Positions 38,750 through 52,959 of a stretch of 64,000 nt of DNA are shown here, one piece after another. Positions within the stretch are counted from its first letter, which is position 1. Each line of letters starts with the position of its first letter. The notes beneath the pieces are model-generated. The model was not told the origin of the DNA, ran no database searches, and was given only the letters and a program-made list of their open reading frames with translations. The translations under genes and the position numbers were made by a program. The DNA comes from Chiloscyllium plagiosum. Lineage: Eukaryota. Location: contig NC_057728.1 in NCBI RefSeq assembly GCF_004010195.1, forward strand, positions 53,662,990 to 53,726,989, read 5' to 3'.

Positions 38750-40105
38750 TGTGATTTGGGAATTACTGAGCCAGCATTCATTTCCTAATTGTCCTTGAAT
38801 ATGGTGCTGAGCTTCCACCTGAACCACTGCAGTTCATTTGGTTTAGATAAACTGTCATTGCTGTTAGGGAGGGAGTTCAGGATTTTGACCCAGCAACACT
38901 GAAGGAATATTATAAATTTCCCAAGACAGGATGTTGAGTGGCTGGGAGGGAATTTGTACTTCCCATGTATCTGCTGCCTTTCTAGAGGGTAGAGGTTGTG
39001 GGTTTGGAACTGCTAAGGGTGTTTTGGGAAATTTCTGCAGTGCATCTCGTAAATCACATACACTGTTACTAATGAACATTGTTGGTGGAGGATGTGGATG
39101 TTTGTGGATTTGGTGTCAGTCAAGCAGCTACTTTGTCCTGGATGGTATCAGGCTTCTTGAGTATTATTGGAATTTTTTTATTCATTCATGAGTTGAGGGT
39201 GTTGCTGCTAAGTCAGCATTTATCGCTCATCTCTTATTGCCCAGAGAGCAGTTAAGTGTCACCCACCTTGTTGGGGGTCTGGAGTCACATGCAGGCCAGA
39301 CCAGGTAAGGTTGACAATTTTGTTCCCTAAAGGACTTTAGTGAACCAGATGGGTTTTTCCCAACAATCAATAATGGATTCATGGTCATCATTCGACTCGT
39401 AATTCAAGGTATTTATTGAATTCAAATTCCACCATCTGCCAAGCAGGATTTAAACCTCGGTCCCCAGAGCATAATCTGGGTCTCTGGATTAACAGTCCAG
39501 TGATAATTCCATAGACAAGTGGGAGTAGTCCCTCACACTCCTAACTTATGCCTTGGACAAGTTCTGGGAAGTGAAGAGGTGAGTTACTGCATTTTTCCTA
39601 ACCTGTGACTTGTCACCACTGTATTTATATAGCAAGCCCAGTTGAGTTTCTGGTCAATAGTGACCCCCAGGATTTTAATAAGAGATTTATTAATGGTAAT
39701 GCCATATCAAGGTGTGTCTTGTTGGAGATGATCATTGTCTAACACAAGTGTGGCATGAATCTTACTTGCCACTTGCTAGATCAAAGCTGGATATTGGTCG
39801 GGTCTTACTGCATTTGGACATAGATTGCTTCAATATCTGAAGAGTCCCAAATGCTGCTGAACATTATGCTATCATCATCAAACTTCCTCACTTCTGACCT
39901 TTAAGATGAAAGGAAGGTGATTGAAACAGCTGAAGATGGTTGGTTTTGGGACACCTTTATAGTATCCAGTACCTCCAACAGTTTCTTGATATCTGTAAAA
40001 TGAATCATATCGGCTGAAGACTGGTATCTATGGTGCTGGGGACCTCTAGAGGAGGATGGAATAGATCATCCATTTGGCACTTCTGGCTGAAGATTGTTGC
40101 AAATG
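38750..40105 (-). mobile_element. Old LINE 3' remnants (same family as 19170-20280 and 62620-63360)
   Basis: Shared blocks ttacttgccacttg, ttctggctgaagattgttgcaaatg and ccagcatt.att. Confidence 0.55.
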
Positions 40106-42864
40106 AAACAGGTTGCACCAGTTTTAGGGTGTACACTGTTCACTCCATTAGGAACTGCATATAGATGATATTTCTTGATTTATAGCATTGTAAAATGCTA
40201 ATTTCATTTTTTAAAACCAAGATTGTCTGTTAGAAAATCAGTCATTGTCATTGGTTTGAGCTGAAGGCCATATACTTTTTGTCAATGTGTCTTTATTGTT
40301 TATTACAGGACCTGGGAATAAGCATCTTCAGATTTGTGTCATGCAGTGTGGGTAGGCTGCTTGCTGTTTTGTGGATGAATATTTTATATTGTCACATCAT
40401 AATGTAAGCATATCGGTGAAGTAGCATATTGTCCTTGACCTAACGAAATCATTCCAGATCAGAACAAGATCCATTTAGCAATGTTATAATGTTGTGGTGT
40501 GAAACTGCCATGCCTTCTCTTTCTAAGCTCTTATGTTTGTGTTCTCCGAAACTACTGAATCTGTCAAAATGACATCAGAACTGGTATTGTGAAAATCTTT
40601 GTTGCTATGGTGATTACCTCAGTTCTGTGTTAACTGATTCAAAGCTGTGCAAAACTTTTAAATGCTGTGAAGATATGAAATGGGCATGAGCTGTTAACAT
40701 TTGTTTTTCATTTCTGGGTATTTTAACAACTTGCAATTATGCACTAACCATTAAACATGTCGCAATGTGCTTAGAGAGTCTCCAGGGAGAAAACTTGATA
40801 TTGAGTTCAAAAATGGAATATTTAAATAGGATAATAGCTATGGCAGGCCTCAAAAAAAAGAGGGAAATGGGTGTGAGAGAGTTTTTAAGGAACAGATTCC
40901 ATGGTGTGGGGTTAATGCAGTCAAAACCCTGGACAAATGCCAGTGATAAGGCACAAGGAGGCCGAACTCTAGGGAAGACTAGCACAGGAGATGTGTAAGC
41001 GTAAGGTAAGTATTCTAAATTGGTACTTCCTGTTTGAATGCCAATGTAACTTGGTGAAAACATGATAAGCAAGTGTGACTGAAACTGTTTAATGTGTATA
41101 TTTCCACCTAATGTTCTGTGGCATGTTTTACCCTGCTAATGGTCATATTTAAAATGCAACAAAAAACCCACTAAATTGCCAGTTACTATTTTGGCTGTCA
41201 GACAACAGTGACTACACTTCAGAAGTGCTGATTTGGCTGTAAAGTGATTTAAATTAAAGGTGGTGCAAGGTGTTATAAAAATGCAAGTCTGTCTGTCTTT
41301 AACTACATTTACCATTTGCAAGGTCTTGCTGCCCAATAAAGTGGCATCCAGTGCAAATGATGGTTGTGGATTACCTATCCTTGTCCTTTATAAACAAGTC
41401 AGCAACATTTAGAACAATTTCCTGCTCCAATAGACATCTGTATGTTCGGATAGCTAGGAAGGCCAACCATGCAAGGGCAATATACATTTTGGCAATGATG
41501 ACCTCGGTTTGCATTCAGTCAGTTCCCTCAATGTCCTTTGACCCTTGATTTCCATTTGTGCCATCTGTACCTCCAGAACTTCTGTCAACCTTTTGGTGTC
41601 TGTGCTGTCTGGCACGAGTCTTGAAGAGCCCAGCTTTTGAAACCTGAATGGAAAATCTGAAGCAGCATACTCTGTTTTGATTCAGTCTGCTGGAACCAAT
41701 GCATTCATAACCTCTCTCCCATTTGAATCTGAGCTAATCTTTTTAAAGTTCACATACTGTCAATTACCAAGATTACTTATTTCTATCTCAGCATCTCTAA
41801 GATTGTTATTTTTATTTCCAAACTTGACTATTTCAACACCATATTTGCTAGCTTATCATCTTCCTCCATTCGCTATAACTCAGTGCTCATTTCTTGGCCC
41901 CCTTTGCCTATTAATCCAATCCTCCAGAACATGTTTTAATTATCCATTGTCTTTGCCTCTATTCAGTAGCTTGTGTACGCTACTCCGGCCCCATAATGGT
42001 TCTCTGTTCGGACTTTAATGGCAGGCCATCCATCTATGTGTGTCCTATTATTTTTAAACTCACTAATATCTTTCAGCCTCTATATCTTTTTTTTCTTTTA
42101 AAAATTGATTGCTCCACATTTTCTAATCAGCTCTTTTTGAAACTACCTATCTCCTATGCTCAGCTTTTGTCTATTTTAAATGTAAAATACTGCAAGGTTT
42201 TTTTTGTTGCATTTAAAAATATTGACATAGCTTATTTTCTTGTACTTTCTTGTTTTCTCACACATTTAAAATCATTTAGAATGCTGCTTCCCTCTGGATG
42301 GTGCTGTGTTTCAAGTGCAAAGTGAATGTTTGTTTTTAATTATATAACCTCTTTTAGAAAAAAATTAGAAGAGTCACATTTGTATTCAGATGCTTTCACC
42401 AGATTGCAATAACAGCCATGTACCTGTGCCATTGTTCTTTCCACTTCCCCTCTTATTAGCTGGCATTTATACTCATCAATTCATCTAGAGAAAAACATTC
42501 GTTTGAAGATGGTTAGATCTTGACAGGCATTACTAATTGAACATAATGGGCTTGTGAGTTTAAATTTTACGAATGTTTTCAAATATTGCTTTATCACAGC
42601 AGCTATTTGGAGTTAGCTTTACGACACTGTCAAGGGCAATTCTGAATGGCCATTAAATGCTGGCTTAGCCAGTAATACCCACATCCCATGAATGATTATA
42701 AAAAGACTCTGGGCTGACTTTTATAGGAGTCAATATTGCTCAACTTTTCCCAACACAAATGTCAGGTAGTTCTTAAGCAGCAGGGATCCTTTTTCTTTTC
42801 AGAAGCTAACTCAACCAGGCACAGGAAGTGCCACCTTTGGAGTTGCTAATCAGTAAGACTAGTG

Positions 42865-44050
42865 GGGGGAAAGTGTGGACTCCAAATGCTGGAGATCAGA
42901 GTCAAAAAGTGGGGCATTGGAAAAAGCAGGTGAGGCAGCATCTGAGGAACAGGAGAATCGGTGTTTTGGGCATAAGCCCTTCATCATGAATGTGGGGGAG
43001 GTGGAAGGGGGCTGAGAGATAAATGGGGGGAGGGGTGTGATGTGGCTGGGGGTGAAGGTAGCAGGGAAGGCGATGGCAGCAGGCTGGGGTGATGGTAATA
43101 CGTCAGAGCGGAGGGTGGAGTGGATAGGTGGGAAGGAAGATGGACAAGTAGAATAGTTCAATCAGGCGGTGCTGAGTTGGAGAGTAGGATCTGGGATGAG
43201 GTGGGGATGGGGAGATGAGCAAACTGGTGAAATCGACACTATCCCTTACTCCCAATTCCTCCGTCTCTGCCGTATCTGCTCCCAAAAGGAGCAATTCCAC
43301 TCCAGGACATCCCAGTTGGCCTCCTATTTCAAGGACCATAATTTTCCCTTCCACGTGGTCAACACTGTCCTCCAGCGTATCTCCTCCACTTCCCACACCT
43401 CAGCCCTTGAACTCCACCCCTCCAACTGCAGCAAGGTAGAACCGTCCCTGGTCCTCACCTTTCACCCCACCAGTCTTTGGATACAGCGCATTATCCGCCA
43501 CCACTTCTGCCACCTACAGTCAGACCCCACCACCAGGGATATATTTCCCTCCCCACCCCTATCCACGTTCCACAGAGACCGTTTCCTATGCACTCCCTCG
43601 TTAGGTCCACGCCCCCCCCCACCAATCCACCCTCCACTCCCGGCACCTTCCCTTACCATCACAAGAGGTGTAAAATCTACACCCACACCTCCCTCCTCAC
43701 CTCCGTCCAAGGCCCCAAAGGATCCTTCCACATCCAGCAGAGATTTTCCTGCACATCCAAACACCTCATCTACTGTGTCCATTGCTCTCGATGTGGTCTC
43801 CTCTACATTGGGGAGACATATTGCCAATTCGCGGAATATTTCAGAGCATATCTCTGGGACACATGCACCAAACAACCCCACCGCCCTGTGGCCAACCACT
43901 TCAACTCACCCTCCCACTCTGCCAAGGACATGCAAGTCCTGGGCCTCTTCCACTGTCAAATCCTAGCCACCCGACGCCTGGAGGAAGAACACCTCATCTT
44001 CCACCTTGGGATCCTCAACCACATGGCATCCACATCAATTCACCAGTTTC
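42865..44050 (+). mobile_element. Penelope-like (Neptune-type) 3' fragment with an inverted 5' pLTR (about 42865-43232 on minus)
   Basis: IPYSQFLRLCRICS...LVLTFHP; FSCTSKHLIYCVHCSRCGLLYIGET...PVANHFN (GIY-YIG). Confidence 0.9.
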
Positions 44051-44219
44051 CTCATACAAAGTGCATCAGAGTAGCAGAACAGTGTGTAGAATACAGAATT
44101 ACAGCTGCAGAGAAGGTGCAGAGAGAGACATCACAGTTAGCATTTGAGAATAACTGGAATAGTGCAAGTCCTGTCCTTTTGGGTAGAGAATGATTGAGCA
44201 CATTAGATAGATAAATCAC

Positions 44220-44980
44220 CTATCCGCTTTCCATAAAGTCCACACGCCTCACCAACTCACCCTCCCATCCTGGCGCCTTCCCCTGCCACTGCAGGAATTG
44301 CAAAACCAGTGCCCAGATCTCCCCACTCACCTTTGTCCAAGGCCCCAAAGGAACCTTCCACATCCAGCAGAGTTTTACCTACATTTCCACACATGTCATT
44401 TACTGTATCCATTGATCCCGATGCGGTCTCCTGTACATTGGGGAGACAGGACGCCTACTCACAGAGCACTTCAGAGAACATCTATGGGACACCTGCACCA
44501 ATCAACCCCTCCACCTTGTGGCTGAACACTTCAACTCCCCCTCCCATTCTGCCAAGGACATGCAGGTCCTGGACCTCCTCCATTGCCACTCCCTTACCTC
44601 CCGACACCTGGAGGAAGAATGCCTCAACTTCCGCCTCAGGACCCTCCAACCTGCGGCATCAATGTGGATTTCACCAGTTTCCTTATTTCCCCTCCCCCTA
44701 CCTCATCCAGTTCCAACCTTCCAACTCAGCACTGCACTCATGACCTGTCCTACCTGTCCATCTTCCTTCCTACCTATCCGCTCCACCCTCCTCTCCGACC
44801 TATGTCTACCTATCACACTCTCAGCTATCTTCTCCCCAGCCCCACGCCCCTCCTATTTATCTCACCACCTTCTCGGCCCACAAGCCTCATTCCTGATGAA
44901 GGGCTTTTGCCTGAAACGCCGATTCTTTTCCTCCTTGGATGCTGCCTGACCTGCTGTGCTTTTCCAGCACCACACTCTCG
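44220..44980 (+). mobile_element. Penelope-like GIY-YIG 3' fragment with pLTR and hammerhead motif
   Basis: tgcggtctcctgtacattggggagaca (CGLLYIGET), AEHFNSPSH...HLEEECL; CTGATGAAGGGCTTTTGCCTGAAAC at about 44893-44917. Confidence 0.88.
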
Positions 44981-45957
44981 ACATTATTCCACAGTAGACA
45001 AGCAGAAGATTGGAAGAACACAGCAAGCCAGGCAGCATCAGGAGGTGAAAAAGTCAATGTTTCCGGTGTAACCCTTTTTTCAGGACTGGGGGTGAGTATA
45101 AGGGAAGCTGCAGATTTGGGGGACAGGGGAGCAGGGTGGTGTGGTAAAGGGTAGAGGGTACAACCTGGTTGATTAATGGGAGGAATGAATATGGTAGTTG
45201 GAACGAAGGGACGATCAGAGGAATGGAAGGGAGGGGGACCAATTCGTTAATTGTTGCCAGCTGAATCACCATTCGTACACACCTCTTGGCTCCACCGTGT
45301 GACTGCAAATTGACATCTCCCTGTGTTTGAACAAAAACAGTGCAACCAGCACTTGTAATGAGCATCAAGTGACTTGCTTTTTAAAAAGTGCATCAATCCT
45401 TTGTACAATCTTTGGTTTTTTAAGAGTCCTGTTCTCAATTCAATCCACAATCAAAAATACAGAAAAATATAAAGGTATGGTCTTTTTTCTGACATTGCCC
45501 TAGTGTGAGGTAGAAAAATGTGACTGTACTTCAATTGAGAAAATGGCTTTTATTAGGTGCAGCTTGCTGTCTGCTGTTGCTAAGCAAAAAGAGAACTCCT
45601 ATGTTCTGCTTATGAGAATACAAAATATATCCACATGACTAAAGCCTATAGCATTAATTCTGAAGGTAGAGGAGGTTATGCAACATGTGTTATAGTCAAG
45701 CATATGTTGCACATGTATTCACAGCATCTACCCTGGTTTTTGACTGTAGGCATTGAGAAGCACACACACTACAATCCTGCAATCAATCAGTCATCTTTAA
45801 ACAGGCGCATGACAGCCGATAAACAACTACTATGTCGAACTCAAACATTTATAATAAATGCCTGCAGAAAGAGCTGTGTTTAAAACCTTGCAACATTCAC
45901 TACCTTGATTTGAGTCACTGGTATCTCAGCAATCTACTTGAAGATTACTGAGATACC

Positions 45958-46232
45958 AGGCGGCACAACGCCAGGGACCCGAGTTCGATTCCAGCCTCTG
46001 GCGACTGTGTGGAGTTTGCACATTCTCCCTGTGTCTGCATGGGTTTCCTCCCACAGTCCAAAGATGTGCAGGTGAGGTGAATTGGCCAAGCTAAATTGCC
46101 CGTAGTATTCATGTTAGGTATAGGTTCGGTGCATTCGTTAGGGAAATGGGTCTGGGTGGGTGGGATAGTCTTCTGAAGGTCATTATGGACTTGGGCTAAA
46201 GGGCCTGTTTCCACACTGTAGGAGTTCTATGA
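45958..46232 (+). mobile_element. HE1-like V-SINE
   Basis: B-box gagttcgattcc, V-domain tgtgtggagtttgcacattctcc, and 3' gggcctgtttccacactgtagg. Confidence 0.8.
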
Positions 46233-47512
46233 GAAGATGTCCATACCACTGTTAATATCCTATACCAGCTTCCTCCCAACATTCTTATTTGTCCCATTGA
46301 CATAGCCTTCTAGTCCATTTCTCCTTACTAGTGAGAAAATCTTATGGGACTGGGTTAGTGTTCCATTCTCTGTGCTGGAAACTCCAGGACCAAGTCCCAC
46401 CTCAGGATTGGATGGCCATGGAAGGCATGTCATAACACAGCTGTATTTGGTTATCAATCCGTAAATCCTTCTGATGTGCAGTTGGCAGGAAGTAAGAGTG
46501 GAAGAGTTTTCTGATCAGCCAGAGCCATGTGCCAGCTACAGACTCCCCACATTAAAAGACTCCACATGCAGGTTCTTACCCCTGTTTTTCCAAGGGACTA
46601 ACTGCACACACATCCAGCTTTAAGTGCATCTGTCCTAGTCACCTCAGTTAGATGCAATGGAAATATTATCTTTTCCTCAGTCCTGGTGAATGAGTCATAA
46701 TTTTAAAAAGCTTCTACATTAGATCACCTCTCAGCTTTCTCTTTTTGAATGAGAGAAAAGAGCCCCAACTTGAAATATACAAAAACCATTACTGATCTGT
46801 ATTCACTTCATGATCAACTCAAACTCCTGAATTGCCTAGTTAAAACAGTGACCTATCAACATCTTACACTAATAGAGGCCTATTGAAACAGTGAAGGGTT
46901 CCAAGGTGTTTCATGGAAATTCACAATAAATAGCTAAATAAATAGACAAAATTTGATGCAACCATATAAGCAAATATGACAATTGATAGAAGATTTCAGC
47001 TTAGAGCCTCTTAAAGAAGCAGCGAGGGTCAGAGAGGGAATTCCAGAGTTAGAGTCTTGGCAGCTGAACACGTGGCCACTGATAACAGAAGGATGCCAGA
47101 ATCCAAGGCTGAGAGATATTACTTGTAGGAATGGAGGAGGTGCATTTTTTAAAATAAATATCTTACTCAACCAGGAGGCAATGTACATCAGCAAGCAGAG
47201 GCGTGATTGTTGAGAATAGGACTTGATGTAAGTCAGGATACAAGAGCTCAAATTCTTAGATGATGCTGAGGAGGATGTGGATAGCACTTTTAGTGAATTG
47301 GTCACACCACAGATTAGGATTGCTGAGTGAGACAATTAATGGGTGACCAAAAGTCAGAGAAAGAATAGGAGGGCAGTGCAGGTATCCCCTCCAAAACAGG
47401 TATACCGTTTTGAATACTGTTGGAGGAGATGGCTCACTAGGGGAGGGCAGCAGTTGCCAGGATCATGACACAGTGGTAGGCACTGCTGTTCAGAATGGCA
47501 TAAAAAGACTCA

Positions 47513-47775
47513 TAGAACATAGAACATAGAATACAGCGCAGTACAGGCCCTTCGGCCCTCGATGTTGCGCCGATCCAAGCCCACCTAACCTACACTAGCC
47601 CACTATCCTCCATATGCCTATCCAATGCCCGCTTAAATGCCCATAATGAGGGAGAGTCCACCACTGCTACTGGCAGGGCATTCCATGAACTCACGACTCG
47701 CTGAGTAAAGAACCTACCCCTAACATCTGTCCTATACCTACCCCCCCTTAATTTAAAGCTATGCCCCCTTTTAAT
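47513..47775 (-). mobile_element. Young CR1 3'-end fragment nested in ORF1
   Basis: (catagaa)n tail; RGHSFKLRGGRYRTDVRGRFFTQRVVSSWNALP. Confidence 0.85.
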
Positions 47776-49231
47776 AGCTGAAGGACCATAGTCATAAGGG
47801 ATTCTATTGTAAGGGGAGTAGATAGGTGGTTTTGTGGCCGAAAACAAGACTCCCGGATGGTATGTTGCCTCCCAGTTGCTCAAGTCAGGGATGTCACCGA
47901 TTGGCTGCAGAGCATTCTGAAAGGGAAGGGTGAACAGCCAGTTGTTGTGGTGCACATTGGCACCAATGATATAAGTAAAAAAAACGAGATGAGGTCCTGA
48001 AAGCAGAATTCAGGGAGCTAGGAGACAAGTTAAAGAGGAAGACCTCAAAGGTAGTGATTTTGGGATCGCTACCAGTGCCACATGCGAGCCAGGGTAGAAA
48101 TGAAAGAATAGGCAGGATGAACATGTGGCTTGAGGGATGGTGTAGGAGGGAGGGCTTCAGACTTGTGGGACATTGGGACCGGTTCTGGGGAAGATAGGAC
48201 TATTACAAATTGGATGGTCTACACCTGAACTAATGTCCTTGAGGGAGTTTTTGCTACTGCTGTTGGGGAGGCTTTAAACTAATGTGGCAGGGGGCTGAGA
48301 ACTAGAAGAGAAGATTATTAGTCAGTGAGGTGGAAACTGGAGACTGAGACTTTAGTAATGGTAAGACTAGGCAGAGAGCAAATGGACGCAAAAGAACTGG
48401 CGGCCTGAAGTGCATATACTTTATTGCAAGGAGTATAGTGGGTAAGGCAGATGAACCTAGGGCTTGGATTGATGCCTGGCAGTATGATATCATTGCAATC
48501 ACAGAGACTTGGTTGAAGGGACAGCATGATTTGCAACTAAATGGTCCAGGATATAGATGCTTTAGACAGGGTGGGAGGGAAGTAAAAGAGGGGGAGGAGT
48601 TGCATTGCTGGTCAAGGATGATATCATGGCTGTATTAAAGGAGGACATATGGAGGGCTTGGCAGTGAGGCATTATGGGTGGAGCTGAGAAATAAGTGTGC
48701 AATTATGTTGGTGGGGCTGTATTACAGGCCTCCCAGCAGTGAGCGTGAGGTAGAAGAACAAATAGGTAAACAGATTATGGAAAGATCTAGATGCCACAGT
48801 ATGCCACATGGTGGTGATGGGAGAATTTAATTTTTCCAACATCGACTGGGATAACTTAGTGTCAGGGGCAGAATTTGTAAGGAGAGTTCAGGAAAGTTTT
48901 CTAGAACAACATGTCAATAGTCCAACAAGGGAAGGGGGCATTTTGTACATGGTGTTGGGGAATGAGCCAGACCAGGTGGTAGAAGTTACAGTGGGGGATT
49001 CTTTTGGGAATAGTGACCACAATTCTGTAAGTTTTAACATACTCGTAGACAAAGATGAGAGTGGTCCTAAGGGATGAGTATTAAACTGAGCCAAGGCCAA
49101 TTATATCAAAATTATTCTGGAGCTGGGAAATGTGGATTGGACACAGCTATTTGAAGGAAAGACCACATTTGATATGTGGGAGCTTTCAAAGATAGGTTAA
49201 AGTTAGTGCAGGACTGACATGACCCTTTGAA

Positions 49232-49324
49232 GTAGAGTGGTGCTGGAAAAGCACAGCAGTTCAGGCAACATCCGAGGAGCAGTAAAATGGACGTTTCGGG
49301 CAAAGCCCTTCATCAGGAATACAG
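49232..49324 (-). mobile_element. Solo hammerhead-bearing pLTR fragment with an 11-bp target duplication
   Basis: Reverse complement of CCTGATGAAGGGCTTTGCCCGAAACGTC at 49290-49317; flanks gaccctttgaa at 49221-49231 and 49325-49335. Confidence 0.8.
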
Positions 49325-50096
49325 GACCCTTTGAAAACAATGGATAAGAAAGGCAAGATTCGTGAACTGTGGATGACAGGAGAAATCGTGCAACTAGCCA
49401 AGCGGAAAAGCAAAGCATACATAAGTTCCAAGCAGCTAAGAACAGAACGGGCCTAGGAGGAATATCGGAAGAGTAGGACTAATCTTAGTGGGCTTAAAGA
49501 GGTCATGAAATAACTTTAGCGAACAGAATTAAGGAGAATCCCAAGGCCTTTTATTCTTATATAGGGAAGCAAGAGGATAACCAGAGAAAGGGTTGGTCTG
49601 CTAAAGGATAAGGAAGGAAGATTGTGTGTTGAACCTGAGAAAATGGACGAGATCCACAATGATTGCATCAATGTTCATTGAGAAACGGGAGGTGATGAAT
49701 GCTGAGAGTAGAGATACAAGTTTGTTTACTCTAGCTCACTTTGACATAAGGAGGGAAGATGTGTTGGGTAGGCTAAAGGATATTAAGGAGGACAAATCCC
49801 CAGGACCGAATGGGATCTATCCTAGGTTGCTGAGGGTGGCAAGGGAGGAAATAGCTGGGGCCCTGACAGATATCTTTGTCGCAGCCTTAAACACAGATGA
49901 GGTGCCGGAGGACATGAGGGTTGCTCGTGTTGTCCCCCTGTACAAGAAGGGTAGTAGGGATATTCCAGGTAGCTACAGACCAGTGAGCCTGACGTCAGTG
50001 GTGGGAAAGTTGCTGGAGAAGGTACTGAATGATAAAATCTATTTATATTTGGAAAAGAATGGATTTATCACTGATAGGCAACATGGTTTTTTGCGG

Positions 50097-50670
50097 GGTA
50101 GTTCTGAAGATGGACGAGGGAGATCCAGTAGATGTAGTGTACCTGGACTTTCAGAAAGCTTTTGATAAAGTCCCACATAGGAGGTTAGTGAGCAAATTAG
50201 GGTGCATGGTATTGGGGGCAAAGTACCAACTTGGATTGAAAGTTAGTTGGCTGATAGGAAACAAAGAGTAGTGATAAACGGCTCCATTTCGGAATGGCAG
50301 GCAGTGACCAGTGGGGTACCGCAGGGATCAGTACTGGGACCGCAGCTTTTTACAATTTTTGTTAATGATATAGAAGATGATATTAGCAATAACATTAGCA
50401 AATTTGCTGATGATACTAAGCTGGGTGGCAGGATGAAATGTGATGAGGATGTTAGGAGTTTACAGGGTGACCTGGACAAGTTAGGTGAGTGGTCAGATGC
50501 ANNNNNNNNNNNNNNNNNNNNNNNNNNNNNNNNNNNNNNNNNNNNNNNNNNNNNNNNNNNNNNNNNNNNNNNNNNNNNNNNNNNNNNNNNNNNNNNNNNN
50601 NNNNNNNCATATTGAATGGTGGTGCAGGCTCGAAGGGCAGAATGGCCTACTTCTGCACCTATTGTCTATT
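50097..50670 (+). mobile_element. Second CR1 copy nested in the RT region, spanning a gap
   Basis: VDVVYLDFQKAFDKVPH...[11 protein letters not shown]...FADDTK before the gap and a CR1-like 3' end after it; the host RT resumes at about 50672. Confidence 0.7.
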
Positions 50671-52959
50671 GCTTTACCAACTTAATGGAGTTCTTTGAGG
50701 AAATGACCAAGTTGATAAATGAAGGAAGGGCTGTAGATGTCATATACATGGACTTTAGTAAGGCATTTGAGAAAGTTCCCCATGGTAAACTAATGGAGAA
50801 AGTGAAGTCACATGGTGTGCAGGGTGTTCTAGCTAGGTGGATAAAGAACTGGTTGTGCAACAGGAGACAGAGAGTAGTACTTGAAATGGAGAAAGGTGAC
50901 CACTGGTGTTCCACAGGGGTCAGTGTTGGGGCCACTGGTTCTTCTGCAGCTGTACAGGGCCCTGGTGAGACCACACCTGGAGTACTGTGTGCAGTTCTGG
51001 TCTCCAAATTTGAGGGGTCAGTGTTGGGGCCACTGTTGTTTATAATATACAGAAATGATCTGGAAGAGGGCATAGTTGGTCAGATCAGTAAGTTTGCAGA
51101 TGACACGAAGATTAGTGGAGTAGCAGAAAGCATAAGGGACTGTCAAATAATACAGAAGAATATAGATAGACTGGACAGTTGGGCGGAGAAGTGGCAGTTG
51201 GAGTTCAATCCAGGCAAATGAGAGTGGATGCATTTTGGGAAGTCTAATTCTAGAGTGAACTATACTGTAAACGGAAGAGCCTTGGGAAAAGTTGAGCAGT
51301 GAGATCTGGGAGTTCAGGTCCATTGTACCCTGAAGGTGGCTGCACAGGTGAAAGGAATGGTCAAGCAAGTATATGGTGTGCTTGCCTTCATTGGACTTGG
51401 TATTGAGTATAAGAGCTGGCAGGTCATGTTAAAATTGTACAAGACTTTGGTTCAGCCGCTTTTAGAATACTGTGTACAGTTCTGGTCGCCACATTACCGA
51501 AAGGATGTGGACACTTCGGAGAGGGTGCAGAGAAGGTTTACGAGGATGTTGCCTGATATGGAAGGTGCTTGCTATGAAGAGAGGCTGAGTAGGCTAGAAT
51601 TGTTTTCATTAGAAAAAAGGAGACTATGGGGGGACCTGATTGAAGTCTAGAAAATCATGAAGGGTGTAGACAGGGTAGATAGAGATAAGCTTTTACCCAG
51701 GGTGAGGGATTCGATAACGAGAGGTCACACGTTCAAGGTGCAAGATGAAAGGTTTAAGGGGGATACTCGCGGAAGGTACTTTACACAGAGGGTGGTAGGT
51801 ACCTAGAACACTTTGCCAGCAGAGGTAGTAGAGGCAGGCACAATAGATTCATTTAAGGTGCGTCTGGACAGATGCATGAGTAGGTGGGAAGCAGAGGCTT
51901 AGGAATTGGGCAATAGGTTTAGACAGTGGATTTGGATCGGCTCAGGCTTGGGGTCCAAAGGGCCTGTTCCTGGGCTGTAAATTTTCTTTGTTCTTTGATA
52001 GAAAATGAAAGGTTGACATGGTTGAATCTAGCATTAACAGAAGCATGAGTGAGAGTGTGTGTGTGATGTTTGTAATGATAAGTGGCAGGAGAAGGTGTTG
52101 GCAATATAGATATAAGAACAGGAAATGAGAGCAACTCTGGGCCATTTGACCCATCAAACCAGGCTGCCATTTGTTAAGGTCACAGCTGATCATCTCCTGG
52201 CCTCAACTCCACTTTTTGCTTAACCACAATAACCTTTCAGAAATCACAGGCCAAGGTACCAGTTAAGCATTTACAGCTACACCAAGCTATTAGTGAGCAA
52301 GGGTACAGGAGATATGCTACTCTTCAGGAGAAAAATTAGTGTGTGAGCTGTCAGGTGATACATCTTTAAAGCTAGTTATGACATTGAAGCAGTAAAATAG
52401 CTGTCCGGATCATTTAGAGTCTCCATGTCAAAACACATTTGGACTGATTTGAACTGTATAGCATAGTGAGTGAAGGATCAATGTAGAATCACTTGATAAA
52501 TCAACTGAAAAAATTGTACAATTTAATTCTGAAGGAACCATCTTACTTTGGTTTTCTTCAAGATTGTGTGTGTGCGCTGCTGAAACATAGATTCCGAAAG
52601 CATCGCTGAGCATTGAAGGAGGAAATAAAGGAACATTGAGAGGCAAACAGAAATTGATTTCAGATGGATGAACCCAAATGAGCATGTTTTTTAAACTGGG
52701 CTAACAATTATCCCTAATATCATGAAAGACTGATTTTGTTTGTTTGTTTTCAATTTATATATGGCTGGCCAGCATTTATTGCCCTAGTTGTCCTAGAAAA
52801 GGTGGTTAAGTGCTGCTTTTTTGAACCATGTATATTTTGTGTACAGAAAGCTCCCACAAATGGTAATTTGTTGTGTTTCCAGCATTATAGTCGTCACTTC
52901 AGAACTTCTTCTTTGGCTGTAAAATGCTTTGGGGCATTGAGCACATGTGAGGCTTTCTG

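Larger units (their letters stand above)
47245..52000 (+). mobile_element. Near-complete decayed CR1 LINE: ORF1 SGNH esterase (about 47780-48280) plus ORF2 APE endonuclease and RT, with nested insertions
   Basis: IVIGDSIVRG and VVVHIGTNDI (GDS and GxND esterase motifs); YDIIAITETWL, MGEFNF, SDHN (APE); [31 protein letters not shown] (RT). Confidence 0.9.
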
